64,000 nucleotides of DNA from Candidatus Komeilibacteria bacterium (GTDB lineage Bacteria; Patescibacteriota; Patescibacteriia; UBA1558), in assembly GCA_048538275.1 (NCBI GenBank), contig JBLYPW010000001.1:212919-276918 (forward strand), read 5' to 3'. The notes beneath the pieces are model-generated. The model worked only from the letters and a program-made list of their open reading frames with translations. It was not told the origin of the DNA and searched no databases. Shown one piece after another: positions 8,601 to 17,168 of this stretch; the first letter of the stretch is position 1, and every line of letters begins with the position of its first letter. The position numbers and the translations under genes were made by a program.

Positions 8601-11600
8601 TGTAGCGCAACAGGACAACCTTTGTTGGCCAGTGATTATAGTTGGGCATGGAGTCTAAGCTCAGCGCTGCCAATAACTTTAGCAGTGGGAAGTAATTATG
8701 CCATTGTTCGCCCTCGGGCTGATGGCCAATCAAGGGTATTGGCAAGGATAAATGATTATGGTGTTATTGGTAGAAGCTTTGTTACCGTGGATATGGACAT
8801 TCCTGTTATTACCGCTATTAGTCCGGATAATGGTACGACAAATACTAATGTAAAAACTTTGGTTACCATTAGCGGTTATAATTTTGGCGAACATCAGGGT
8901 AGTAGTTATGTGGAAGTGGGCGGTACACGGGCGCAGTTGGCTGATTGTGGTATACCTTGGAGTGATACGCAAATTATTATAGAATTACCAGCCACTACGC
9001 AGAGTGGTGATCATATTAAAGTCATAAAAACTACTGGTGAGGATATTTCAGACCAGGCCTTTACGGTGAATAATATTATTAGACCGGCATTGTGTGGTAT
9101 TTCTCCCAATTATGGCACGGACGGTGATAGCGTGACTTTATCAGGCTATAATTTTGGCGATACCCAAGTTGATAGTATGGTAATGTTTGATCAGCTGGGA
9201 GTGGATACAATCAATAGTTGGTCTAATCAGTCCATTCGTACTATCGTACCGCCAGGTGCTAGTACGGGTCCGGTTTATGTTAATGTTCTTGGTAATAATT
9301 CTAATGCCATTAATTTTTCTTTGGAGCCATTTATAACCAAGCTTGATCCGAACAATGGCCCGGTCAATAGTTATGTTACTATTTATGGTGGAAATTTTGG
9401 TGATACTAGAGGTAATGGTCGGGTGATGATTGGTGGTCAATTAGCGAACTTAGCCCCTTGTGTTGATAATTGGAACAATACCACTATTATCGTTCAGGTA
9501 CCGGAAGGTCTTGATCTGGGCAAGTGGCCGGTACAAATATTTACAGCTAATAATATTCCCACCAATACGGTAGATTTTACAGTCAATGAAAATCCTTTGA
9601 ATCCACTATTGTGCCAGCTGGATCCAAATTGGGCGAGTAATAATGAAAGTATAAAATTGAAAGGTGATAATTTTGGTGACGCTCCCTATTTTGCCGGAGC
9701 AGAAAATGTAGACATGGCAGTGGGCGCTGATTATAGTAATATTATGGACCGTTCATGTATTTATAATAATGGTACTTATATTGGTTCTTGCAGTAATCTA
9801 TGGGTGGACTATCAGTTTAATTTTAATGCGGATGGTTATTATAATGCTTGGGCGGAGACCAGTAATAATGGTATAGATCTTACCGATCAAGGAATCTATC
9901 ATAATGTAGTTGTTTATCTTGACGGTCAATATATAGGTCAGTTCAGCAATGTAGCATCAAACCCAGATCACAATTTAGGTAGTGTGGGTTTGGGTTGGGT
10001 GAGCGCCGGTAATCATACGGTGAGATATTATTGGAATAATGATTGGTGTGGTGGTTGTGGTGATGGCATAGGCGATTCTAATATTCTATTTCATAAGGTT
10101 GGTATAGATGAGGGCGCTCCGATGAGCTATGCTTTATTTACTGATAATTATGCTGCTGAGACAAATAGCTGGCAAAACACAGAAATGAGCGCCAATATCA
10201 ATGAGTCGGTATTATCAGGTCCAGTTAGTTTGGTTAAAGAGGTGGTGACTGGTCGACAGTGCGCTGGTTTTCATATTGGCGGTTGGTGTCCGGGTGGAGT
10301 TTATGATGATATTACTACTACGACACAAAGTAATAGCTTGTCCTTTATCAAGGGCTGTGTGATTGGTACTACTTCTTCGCGAGTAGAAGGTTATATTCCC
10401 ACGGTGGCGGAAAATAGTGAGGCGGTGGGAACTTTAGCTACAGATGGTAGATTTTTATATGGTAAGAGTTGGGGTGGCTATGATAGGCACGATCGGTTGA
10501 TAACAAGAATTGGCAGTGGTTATCAGTATACTGTTCTTGGCAAAGTTTATAGTCATTTAGCTTATGTTGCGGACAGCTTAACTATGACTTATTATCCGGA
10601 TGGATATATATATAATGGTTATTCTACCAATGGGCATAATTTGCAACGGATCAATGCGGGAACTGGTTCCACTGATATGAGTTTAAATATTCCTGATGGT
10701 TTGCTGAATCGTAATACGGGGGAGGTTTATTCAGGAGTAAGAAGTGATTATTTAATTACTTCTGATGGTACATATATTTATAATTTAGCTTTTAGTACTC
10801 ATGCCTGCCCCCAAAATTATGGCAACCGTTGTTATGATGGATTCAAAGTTAGGGTTTTTGATCCAATGGATGATATGAGCTTGGTAAGAGAATGGACATC
10901 TGGTACAGATTCATTTTATACCGACGGTATTATCGCGGATGGTAAATATGTTTATGCCTTTGAATGGAGTGGCCAGCACAGAGTACGAAAAATGGATGCC
11001 ATCACCGGAGAGTTTGTGGCAGAATGGATATCCGAACAAGGCGGTCCAACTGGTGAGGGTAATGATATTATTTCCGGTCAATATGATTGGGTCAATGATA
11101 CAGTATGGATGGGTGATTTAGTTGATCATAGTCGCAATCCTGGCCCGGCTTATATTTATCAATATAATAGTTGTCATTTTGAAGACGGTGTGCTATTTCC
11201 AAGGTGCGGTGATGGTATATTGCAACAGAATGGCGAACCGGGTGATAGTTATGATTATACTTCTGCTCACAGTGGCAATATCAATTCTTATTATGAGCAA
11301 TGTGACGATGGTAATCTTATTAACGGGGATGGTTGTAGCTCGTGGTGTGCTCTTGAATCAGTGCCAGTCAGTAGTAATTTTATTATTACTGATCATGAGC
11401 CTGCAGTGGACGCTCCTGCCAATACCACCATCCGTTTGTTTTTCAGTGATAATGTTGCGACCGGTTCATTGGCCGATCGTGATATTACGATTACAGCCGG
11501 CGAAAATAATTTAAGTTGGAATGCATCAGTGAATAATAATGTCATTACTCTATTACCAACCCAAGTTTGTGGCGCCCCACATACAGACTTACGATGCTGG

Positions 11601-14600
11601 CCTACTAATCAGCGATTACAAGTCGTGGTAGCTGAGGGTAGTATTAAAAATATTCATAATCAGGGACTTAGTTGTAATAATGGTAAATGCGAATTTCATA
11701 TACAGACAACTGATCAAGTGGATGTGATAGCGCCACAAATCAGCTTGTTGACACCTACACAGGGTCAACAAGTACCGGTGGGCAGTTCAATAGCAGTGCA
11801 GGCTCAGGCTACCGATGATACTGACGTGGCTTATGTTGATTTTGCTATTGATGGTCAGTCGGTTGGTATTGTTAACCAAACGGGTATTTTTTCTGGTGAT
11901 CAATCTTATACTGTTTTGAATTATTTCCAGACTTTGCGGAGTGTTGATATTAACAATGACGGTTATGAAGATTTGCTAGCTTTTTCCAATAATGAGAGAG
12001 GATTTTCCGTGTTATTGAATAATGGTTGGGGAGGTTATATAGCTAAAGATTATAATGTGGGGGCTTATTATTATTCTTATGATTCAGGTTTTGGCATATG
12101 GGATGTAAATAATGATGGTTATTTAGACGTATTGCTTGGTAATAATAATTATGCCGGAAAGTTTTATATATTTTTGAATAATGGTGACGGTACTTTTGCC
12201 TCTCGTCAGACCTATGATTCGGCCGGACATTATCCGCGCGCCATAGCGACTGGCGATCTCAACGGCGATGGTTATAATGACATTGCAGTAGCGAATGATA
12301 GGGGGGATGGTAATAATATAGAATTAGTGATATTTGCCGGCGACGCTCAAGGTCATTGGTACTTGGTCAAGCAATTGAATATTGCTGATGATTATTCTGT
12401 TACCGGTTTAGCTATCAGCGATTATGATAATGACGGTAAAGATGATATCGCTGTATTGCAACGTTATCATAGTAGTAATAATTTACATATTTATTGGGGG
12501 CAAGAAAATTTAGCGAGCGATTGGCAAAAACTAGCTATGAATTCAGGTGGTTATTCTTATCAATTAGTTAGTAGTGATATAGATAATAACGGCAATGAAG
12601 ATTTGTTAATCTTGATGTACCATAGTGGGGATGATTATAGCTATTATATACAAGTGTTATATAATCAAGACAATAGAATATTTAGTCAGAGTAGTTTGCC
12701 TCAGAGTGACGGACATCACTACTATGTTACCAACTCTTTATTGATAAAAGACACAGATAATGATGATTATTCTGAGATATTTGCTAGAGAGGGTAATGTA
12801 ATAGTGCGTTGGGATAATAATGGCGGCGCAATTAGCGCACCAGCGGTATTGTCTAATGTACCTAGCTCAATATATACATTAACTGATACAAATAATGATA
12901 ATAGATTTGATATTATAAGCCGCAATAGTAACACGGATGCCATAGTGCTACTAAATAATGGTGACGGTACTTATGGTAGTAATAATATAGTTAGTTTTCC
13001 TTATGCTATGAAAAGTGTAGTGGCTAATGATTTGGATGGTGATGGCCTACCGGAGTTGATTATGCCGTATGTCAATAGTATTAGTAGGGGAGTAACAATT
13101 TATAGAACAGGCGCGGCTGGTTATCAAGAACAATCTAATTTTGATATCTTTTATGATCTGACGGCAAGAGCTACTGGTCGTTTATATGGCGCCTTACCTG
13201 ATAATAGTGGAAGTTATTATGGCTGGTGGGGCGGAGATTGGCATGCTGGCACGGGCGTTGGTAGCGGTCCGGTTTATGCCCAAGTGAGTGGTCAAAGTAC
13301 AGATTCAACCATAGTCAGTGGTAATTTAACACCCTCTCCTTATGATGGCGTCTATGCTGATTTTGATGTTGACTTGGGAGGTGGATTTAGCGTGCGTAGC
13401 ACTGGTTGGGTTTATGGTTATCCTAGTTTGTATCCTTATAGCGCAGCAGTTGGTAATTTTAATGGAGATGCTTATCAAGATATTATATTGCGTGATCGGA
13501 GTGGCTCTGGTAGCCATTATGATGCTCGTGTTTTAGCTGGTGGCTCAAATGGATGGCAAGAACAAGCGAATTATAATAACACTACTGGCGCATCTGGCTA
13601 TGATTGGCGTACGGCTACCAGAGGCATTTATCAACAGACCCAGGTAGTTGATATGAACAGTGATAATTCTGATGATTTTCTATTATTCAATGCAACAGGA
13701 GCGTTTAGTAGTTTTATTAATGATGGCACGGGTAAATTTACCGCAATCAATTATGAAGATTCTGATACTAATGATGCTTATCGTTTTGTGATGGGTGATT
13801 TAACTGGGGATAATATGCCTGATTTAGCTTATATTCAATACGAGTGGCAATCCAATAGTACAAACTTGTATATTGTAGAAAATAAAAATGGAAATTTAGA
13901 CTTTGCCCAACGCAGAGTTTTGACGTCACCTGATTATATAAATGGTTTGAGCATTGCCGATTTTAATAATGACGGCACAAATGATGTTATGGTGGTTTCG
14001 CAGTCAGCCGGTACGCTGTTTTATGACCGTAGTAGCGGCCAATGGCGGTCATATACTGCCGATATCAATGCTCCTAAATTGGCCAAAGCAGGCTTAGTGG
14101 ATAATGATGGTCTATTGGATATAGTAGTAGTAACAGATGGCGGCGGCGTACAAGTTTATTATAATCAAGGTGATTTTACCTTCACTAGCGGTGAATCTTT
14201 TACTTTGTTTAGTTATTACTATGGACCGGCTATCAATGATGACGCTTTGGCCATTGACGATTTTAATAATGATGGCCAGCAGGATATAGTTTTGAGCAGG
14301 TCATATGGCAGCGACTTGGCTTTTGTTTATCAAAAAGCCAACCCTGATTTATATAGTTATGCTTGGGATACTACCGGACTGATAGTAGGATCGCAACACA
14401 CAGTGCAGGCTACGGCTTATGATCTTGATAGCCATAGTACTAGTAGTCAATTAGTAACCGTAACTATTGGCTTGCAGGGAGATCATTGTACTGACGGTCT
14501 TATCAATTTTGACGAAAATGGTTTAGATTGCGGTGGCGCCGATTGTAGCGCCTGCCAGAATAATATTAGTGAGATTATTGTTAGTCCGCAAGAAGCTAAT

Positions 14601-17096
14601 GTAAATGTTGGTGAACAGATATTATTTAATGCCCAAGTCATAGATAATGATGGCAATCTTTTGTCAGATGCGATGGTTGATTGGACCAGCAATAGTTCTG
14701 ACAGTATTGGTATTAGTAGCGCGCTAGATGGTGGAATTTTAGTTAGTGGACAAATAGAAGGAGAGGCTATTATTACGGCCAGTTTAGGTGATATTAGCGA
14801 CGATGCCTTGGTTCACGTTGTTGTCCCTGTTAGTCCATGTGGTGATGGCATTGTTGATAGTAATATTGGTGAGCAATGCGATTTTGCGGCTGATGGTACG
14901 GTAATTATACCGGATAATTTAGCTTGTACCAGTTTTCCTGATTATGCTGCCGGTAGTTTGGGTTGTACGAGTCAATGCGAGTTGGACTTCAATCAGTGCG
15001 TGCCTGGCATACCCACATCAGGAGCTTGTGTAAATACAGAAATATCCGCTACGTTTGACAGTCCTATGCTTGCCTCTTCATTTACGCTTGATAAAGTACA
15101 TCTTTATAAACTATTAAGTAATGATGATTGGCAAGAAATACCTATCACTTTTAGTTTGGAAGACCGGCCAATTAGTGGCGAGCCAGAACAAACAATATTA
15201 TATATTCATCCCCTTGATGATCTAGATCCTTTTACCGTTTATAGAGCGGTAGTGTCTGGGGGTAGCGGTGGAGTTATGGATATGGGAGGAAGTATTTTAC
15301 CAAATGATTATGCGTGGCAATTTGATACTGGTGAAACTTTTTGCTTTATTGATCGCGTTGCTATTGAGCCAGATAGTTATGAATTTAATTCAGTGGATGA
15401 ACAAATTAACTTTATAGTGCATGCTTATGACAACGAAAATAATGTCATCAACGGTAATTATAATTGGCAGCTAGAAGGCAATAGCGAGTTAGTGAATATT
15501 GGCAATAATAATGGGCAAATTATTACTGTACAGCCAACTGGTATCGGCAATGGCGCTTTGAGTTTACGTGCCTTGGTTGATAGTGGAGCTCAGGGAAATG
15601 GTGAGGCAGTGGCGCCAATTGATATTTTTATGTGCGGTGCTCCTTGGCAATATAGTAATGACAGCTATAATTTTGCTGTTAAATATTGTCGTGGTGATGG
15701 GCCTAATATGATCTATAATAGTGGTTTTGAGCAAGATAATAACAATGATATTTATCCGGATGGTTGGGAAATGCCTATTGGCAATGCCCTGGTTAGTGAT
15801 TATACTGCTAGATTGGATGAGGACGGTAGCGGCAAGGTCTTTACTATCATTCAAAACAATACTGCTACGATTAGTCATGATCGCGTTTTGGTGCGTCAGT
15901 ATGTGCCGGTCAAGCCACAAACTACTTATAGCATCAATTTTAAAATTAAAGCCGAAAATATAAATAATAGACCGGTGGAAATATATGAGCTGGCGGATAG
16001 AAACGGTGCCAGGCTGGGTGATCAGCCACTTTCTTCTGGTAGCATTGGTAGCTATGATTGGGAGACTAATAGCTTAATAATTCTTACTAATGCCGATACC
16101 AATTATTTGGAAGTGGGCTTGGTATTGTATATGAGTCGTGATAATAATTTATCACAGATTTGGTTTGATGATATGCAATTGGAGCTTGGTAATCAAGCCA
16201 GTAGCTATCAGGCTAGTAATTTATTGCCGGATTTGGTAGTCAGTGAAGTAGGAAGTGGTTTTGATGATCCAAATTTACTAACGACTATATTATTGAGTCA
16301 ACAAGTTTATGGCAGTGATGACGCTATTGGCATGCGGGTCTATAGTAATTTTGATCATCTTGACCCTCTGAGCTGGTATCAAAACAATATAGTGACCCAA
16401 GGACAGCCCCAGTCCATTATAGTCGGAGGTTATAGCGCTTTGCAGGAAGGGCGCAGCACTTATGTTAATGCCGCAAATATAGCTGGCGCTGATGTATATA
16501 CCAATATTTATCTTTTATCTTATACTCAGGGAGCTGGTAATGATACGCAAAATATGTTCACGCAAATTTATAATAATTGGTCTTTTAATACTAATTTAAG
16601 TTCCGTGGCTTTGCGGCAAAGATTAGTGAACGATACTTTACGCTGGGAAGGTTTAAATATATTGGATAACTCACTGCGGGAGTATTATGATAAATATGGC
16701 TTTTATCCTAAATTATTGTCTGGCACTTATCAAGTAGGTAATAGTGTATCGGTTTGGGATTCTTGGCAATCAACATTAGCCACTGCTTTGGGTATAGTCG
16801 CACCGATTGACCCCATCAATAGTCATAGTATTTGTCCTGCCGGGTACGACTCTGTGACTTGTTGGAATCCTGAGCAGCAAGATTATGTTTGCCCGTTAGG
16901 TTCTCATATTTATCAGTATCATGCTTTATCTTCTGGACAACATTTTGAATTGAATAGCAATTTTGAGTATGGCGGGGTTATCTGGCGGGGGAGTTTTCAG
17001 TTGCCAGTTGACATGAGCGAGGAGTGCGACAATATCATTTGGAGTGATCAGGATATTGACAGTAATGAGGCACAAGATGGCATACGAGGCATATAA
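5634..17096 (+). CDS. Giant 3820-aa pilin-fused surface adhesin (VirB2-like pilin, Big_5/Big_7, IPT/TIG repeats, CBM-like, propeller, Cys-rich CGDG repeats, FG-GAP/VCBS, pilin-like C-terminus)
   Basis: WMTAGGNPEQVGRAKK; repeated ITxxGxNFG...W.(D/N)..I...VP; many DxNxDGxxD loops; EQCDDGN..GDGCS; TAATG overlap with upstream gene. Confidence 0.88.
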   Translation: MRKASHKKIFFVFLALLLIPIISFAQANLGLDTAGSIGLGTTDLPVIIVNIIRIFLSLLGLIAVGVIIWAGLQWMTAGGNPEQVGRAKKWMINGLIGLVIIMASFGIASFVINNLKQATGLSEATGDNNSSGGGGLPGGGFVLSSWQPSNNSSDWPRNIIVRAYFSGVIDATTLDENDITFIDTTSNNNIPFVLEANGSRLDIAPQNSCAVDGVDYCLPADHAYQVSIVNGSIRSLANHTLQCGQNCQTVFSVGNSIDNTAPNFALVQPVADSLVALDSLVPILGQPNDNSSVIAAVTFLANDDVVQPVGSDTDGEPWTVDWVVSGYNAGEILSLSATAEDLSGNVGYAPDVRVIVRPEHCFNGYQDADETGIDVGGSCGAALGESCNVNNSCGNGDQFCAEGSCSEVTCTCEAKPIVMSITPADGAVGNLITIYGSGFGQDLGVVTFLGSAASGDEQLGDLNVCLQSWTNNQVIVAVPNNAVSGGIKLTTASGRFDTTLDELGWQGEFDVNTVVRPGLCSVDPTIGPALSLASVQGINLGSSADNQNLFVGGQSANIGTWQNSAIDFIVPNLLPSSQPVSISIQNDQQENSNPVYFVVQPDIVTPHLYSINPAGGPAGQYITLTGTNFGTNPSEVNVKFVAADNTATEADIDFPAMCGERQISNTEMVVKVPAIAVGDYAVDVRRLGKVSESIDFSVVSGQPGAGLCALLPDNGPNGISVQVVGDNFSNDGSVNFYNNQTAQTSNWQANSVDTVVPADAVSGPVSMMLAGQVSNSINFSVGTCSPGPGEELCADGSCRPVGECLNIPADDDYTWSFTTGEAWPPFVVSDYWPACNSACTNADVAAVFSNPLDTNTIMNNVEIWDCGEDDMCLSSEQIDLTNGNVWGGNYDASNNVLHFLPLGISANHNYRVVMTMGNDGIKNAVGENLTNPNFDKNGDGIDDSFAWIFSTGEQACVPARAEVLPSPIKFTRLEQSETVYPYPYSAADSCSATGQPLLASDYSWAWSLSSALPITLAVGSNYAIVRPRADGQSRVLARINDYGVIGRSFVTVDMDIPVITAISPDNGTTNTNVKTLVTISGYNFGEHQGSSYVEVGGTRAQLADCGIPWSDTQIIIELPATTQSGDHIKVIKTTGEDISDQAFTVNNIIRPALCGISPNYGTDGDSVTLSGYNFGDTQVDSMVMFDQLGVDTINSWSNQSIRTIVPPGASTGPVYVNVLGNNSNAINFSLEPFITKLDPNNGPVNSYVTIYGGNFGDTRGNGRVMIGGQLANLAPCVDNWNNTTIIVQVPEGLDLGKWPVQIFTANNIPTNTVDFTVNENPLNPLLCQLDPNWASNNESIKLKGDNFGDAPYFAGAENVDMAVGADYSNIMDRSCIYNNGTYIGSCSNLWVDYQFNFNADGYYNAWAETSNNGIDLTDQGIYHNVVVYLDGQYIGQFSNVASNPDHNLGSVGLGWVSAGNHTVRYYWNNDWCGGCGDGIGDSNILFHKVGIDEGAPMSYALFTDNYAAETNSWQNTEMSANINESVLSGPVSLVKEVVTGRQCAGFHIGGWCPGGVYDDITTTTQSNSLSFIKGCVIGTTSSRVEGYIPTVAENSEAVGTLATDGRFLYGKSWGGYDRHDRLITRIGSGYQYTVLGKVYSHLAYVADSLTMTYYPDGYIYNGYSTNGHNLQRINAGTGSTDMSLNIPDGLLNRNTGEVYSGVRSDYLITSDGTYIYNLAFSTHACPQNYGNRCYDGFKVRVFDPMDDMSLVREWTSGTDSFYTDGIIADGKYVYAFEWSGQHRVRKMDAITGEFVAEWISEQGGPTGEGNDIISGQYDWVNDTVWMGDLVDHSRNPGPAYIYQYNSCHFEDGVLFPRCGDGILQQNGEPGDSYDYTSAHSGNINSYYEQCDDGNLINGDGCSSWCALESVPVSSNFIITDHEPAVDAPANTTIRLFFSDNVATGSLADRDITITAGENNLSWNASVNNNVITLLPTQVCGAPHTDLRCWPTNQRLQVVVAEGSIKNIHNQGLSCNNGKCEFHIQTTDQVDVIAPQISLLTPTQGQQVPVGSSIAVQAQATDDTDVAYVDFAIDGQSVGIVNQTGIFSGDQSYTVLNYFQTLRSVDINNDGYEDLLAFSNNERGFSVLLNNGWGGYIAKDYNVGAYYYSYDSGFGIWDVNNDGYLDVLLGNNNYAGKFYIFLNNGDGTFASRQTYDSAGHYPRAIATGDLNGDGYNDIAVANDRGDGNNIELVIFAGDAQGHWYLVKQLNIADDYSVTGLAISDYDNDGKDDIAVLQRYHSSNNLHIYWGQENLASDWQKLAMNSGGYSYQLVSSDIDNNGNEDLLILMYHSGDDYSYYIQVLYNQDNRIFSQSSLPQSDGHHYYVTNSLLIKDTDNDDYSEIFAREGNVIVRWDNNGGAISAPAVLSNVPSSIYTLTDTNNDNRFDIISRNSNTDAIVLLNNGDGTYGSNNIVSFPYAMKSVVANDLDGDGLPELIMPYVNSISRGVTIYRTGAAGYQEQSNFDIFYDLTARATGRLYGALPDNSGSYYGWWGGDWHAGTGVGSGPVYAQVSGQSTDSTIVSGNLTPSPYDGVYADFDVDLGGGFSVRSTGWVYGYPSLYPYSAAVGNFNGDAYQDIILRDRSGSGSHYDARVLAGGSNGWQEQANYNNTTGASGYDWRTATRGIYQQTQVVDMNSDNSDDFLLFNATGAFSSFINDGTGKFTAINYEDSDTNDAYRFVMGDLTGDNMPDLAYIQYEWQSNSTNLYIVENKNGNLDFAQRRVLTSPDYINGLSIADFNNDGTNDVMVVSQSAGTLFYDRSSGQWRSYTADINAPKLAKAGLVDNDGLLDIVVVTDGGGVQVYYNQGDFTFTSGESFTLFSYYYGPAINDDALAIDDFNNDGQQDIVLSRSYGSDLAFVYQKANPDLYSYAWDTTGLIVGSQHTVQATAYDLDSHSTSSQLVTVTIGLQGDHCTDGLINFDENGLDCGGADCSACQNNISEIIVSPQEANVNVGEQILFNAQVIDNDGNLLSDAMVDWTSNSSDSIGISSALDGGILVSGQIEGEAIITASLGDISDDALVHVVVPVSPCGDGIVDSNIGEQCDFAADGTVIIPDNLACTSFPDYAAGSLGCTSQCELDFNQCVPGIPTSGACVNTEISATFDSPMLASSFTLDKVHLYKLLSNDDWQEIPITFSLEDRPISGEPEQTILYIHPLDDLDPFTVYRAVVSGGSGGVMDMGGSILPNDYAWQFDTGETFCFIDRVAIEPDSYEFNSVDEQINFIVHAYDNENNVINGNYNWQLEGNSELVNIGNNNGQIITVQPTGIGNGALSLRALVDSGAQGNGEAVAPIDIFMCGAPWQYSNDSYNFAVKYCRGDGPNMIYNSGFEQDNNNDIYPDGWEMPIGNALVSDYTARLDEDGSGKVFTIIQNNTATISHDRVLVRQYVPVKPQTTYSINFKIKAENINNRPVEIYELADRNGARLGDQPLSSGSIGSYDWETNSLIILTNADTNYLEVGLVLYMSRDNNLSQIWFDDMQLELGNQASSYQASNLLPDLVVSEVGSGFDDPNLLTTILLSQQVYGSDDAIGMRVYSNFDHLDPLSWYQNNIVTQGQPQSIIVGGYSALQEGRSTYVNAANIAGADVYTNIYLLSYTQGAGNDTQNMFTQIYNNWSFNTNLSSVALRQRLVNDTLRWEGLNILDNSLREYYDKYGFYPKLLSGTYQVGNSVSVWDSWQSTLATALGIVAPIDPINSHSICPAGYDSVTCWNPEQQDYVCPLGSHIYQYHALSSGQHFELNSNFEYGGVIWRGSFQLPVDMSEECDNIIWSDQDIDSNEAQDGIRGI

Positions 17097-17168
17097 TTTA
17101 TAGGTAATAGTGATTTTATTAATACTCAAATTTAGGTTATAATATAATTATCTTTTTAATAAACCTCT

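Noticed and set aside
12300-12308. RGD tripeptides in surface proteins
   Set aside because: Expected by chance in long G/D-rich proteins; no evidence for integrin binding
5615-17129. Many short alternate-frame and antisense ORFs inside the giant gene (also inside ftsZ, fusA, tuf and r-protein genes)
   Set aside because: Shadow ORFs of strongly supported genes
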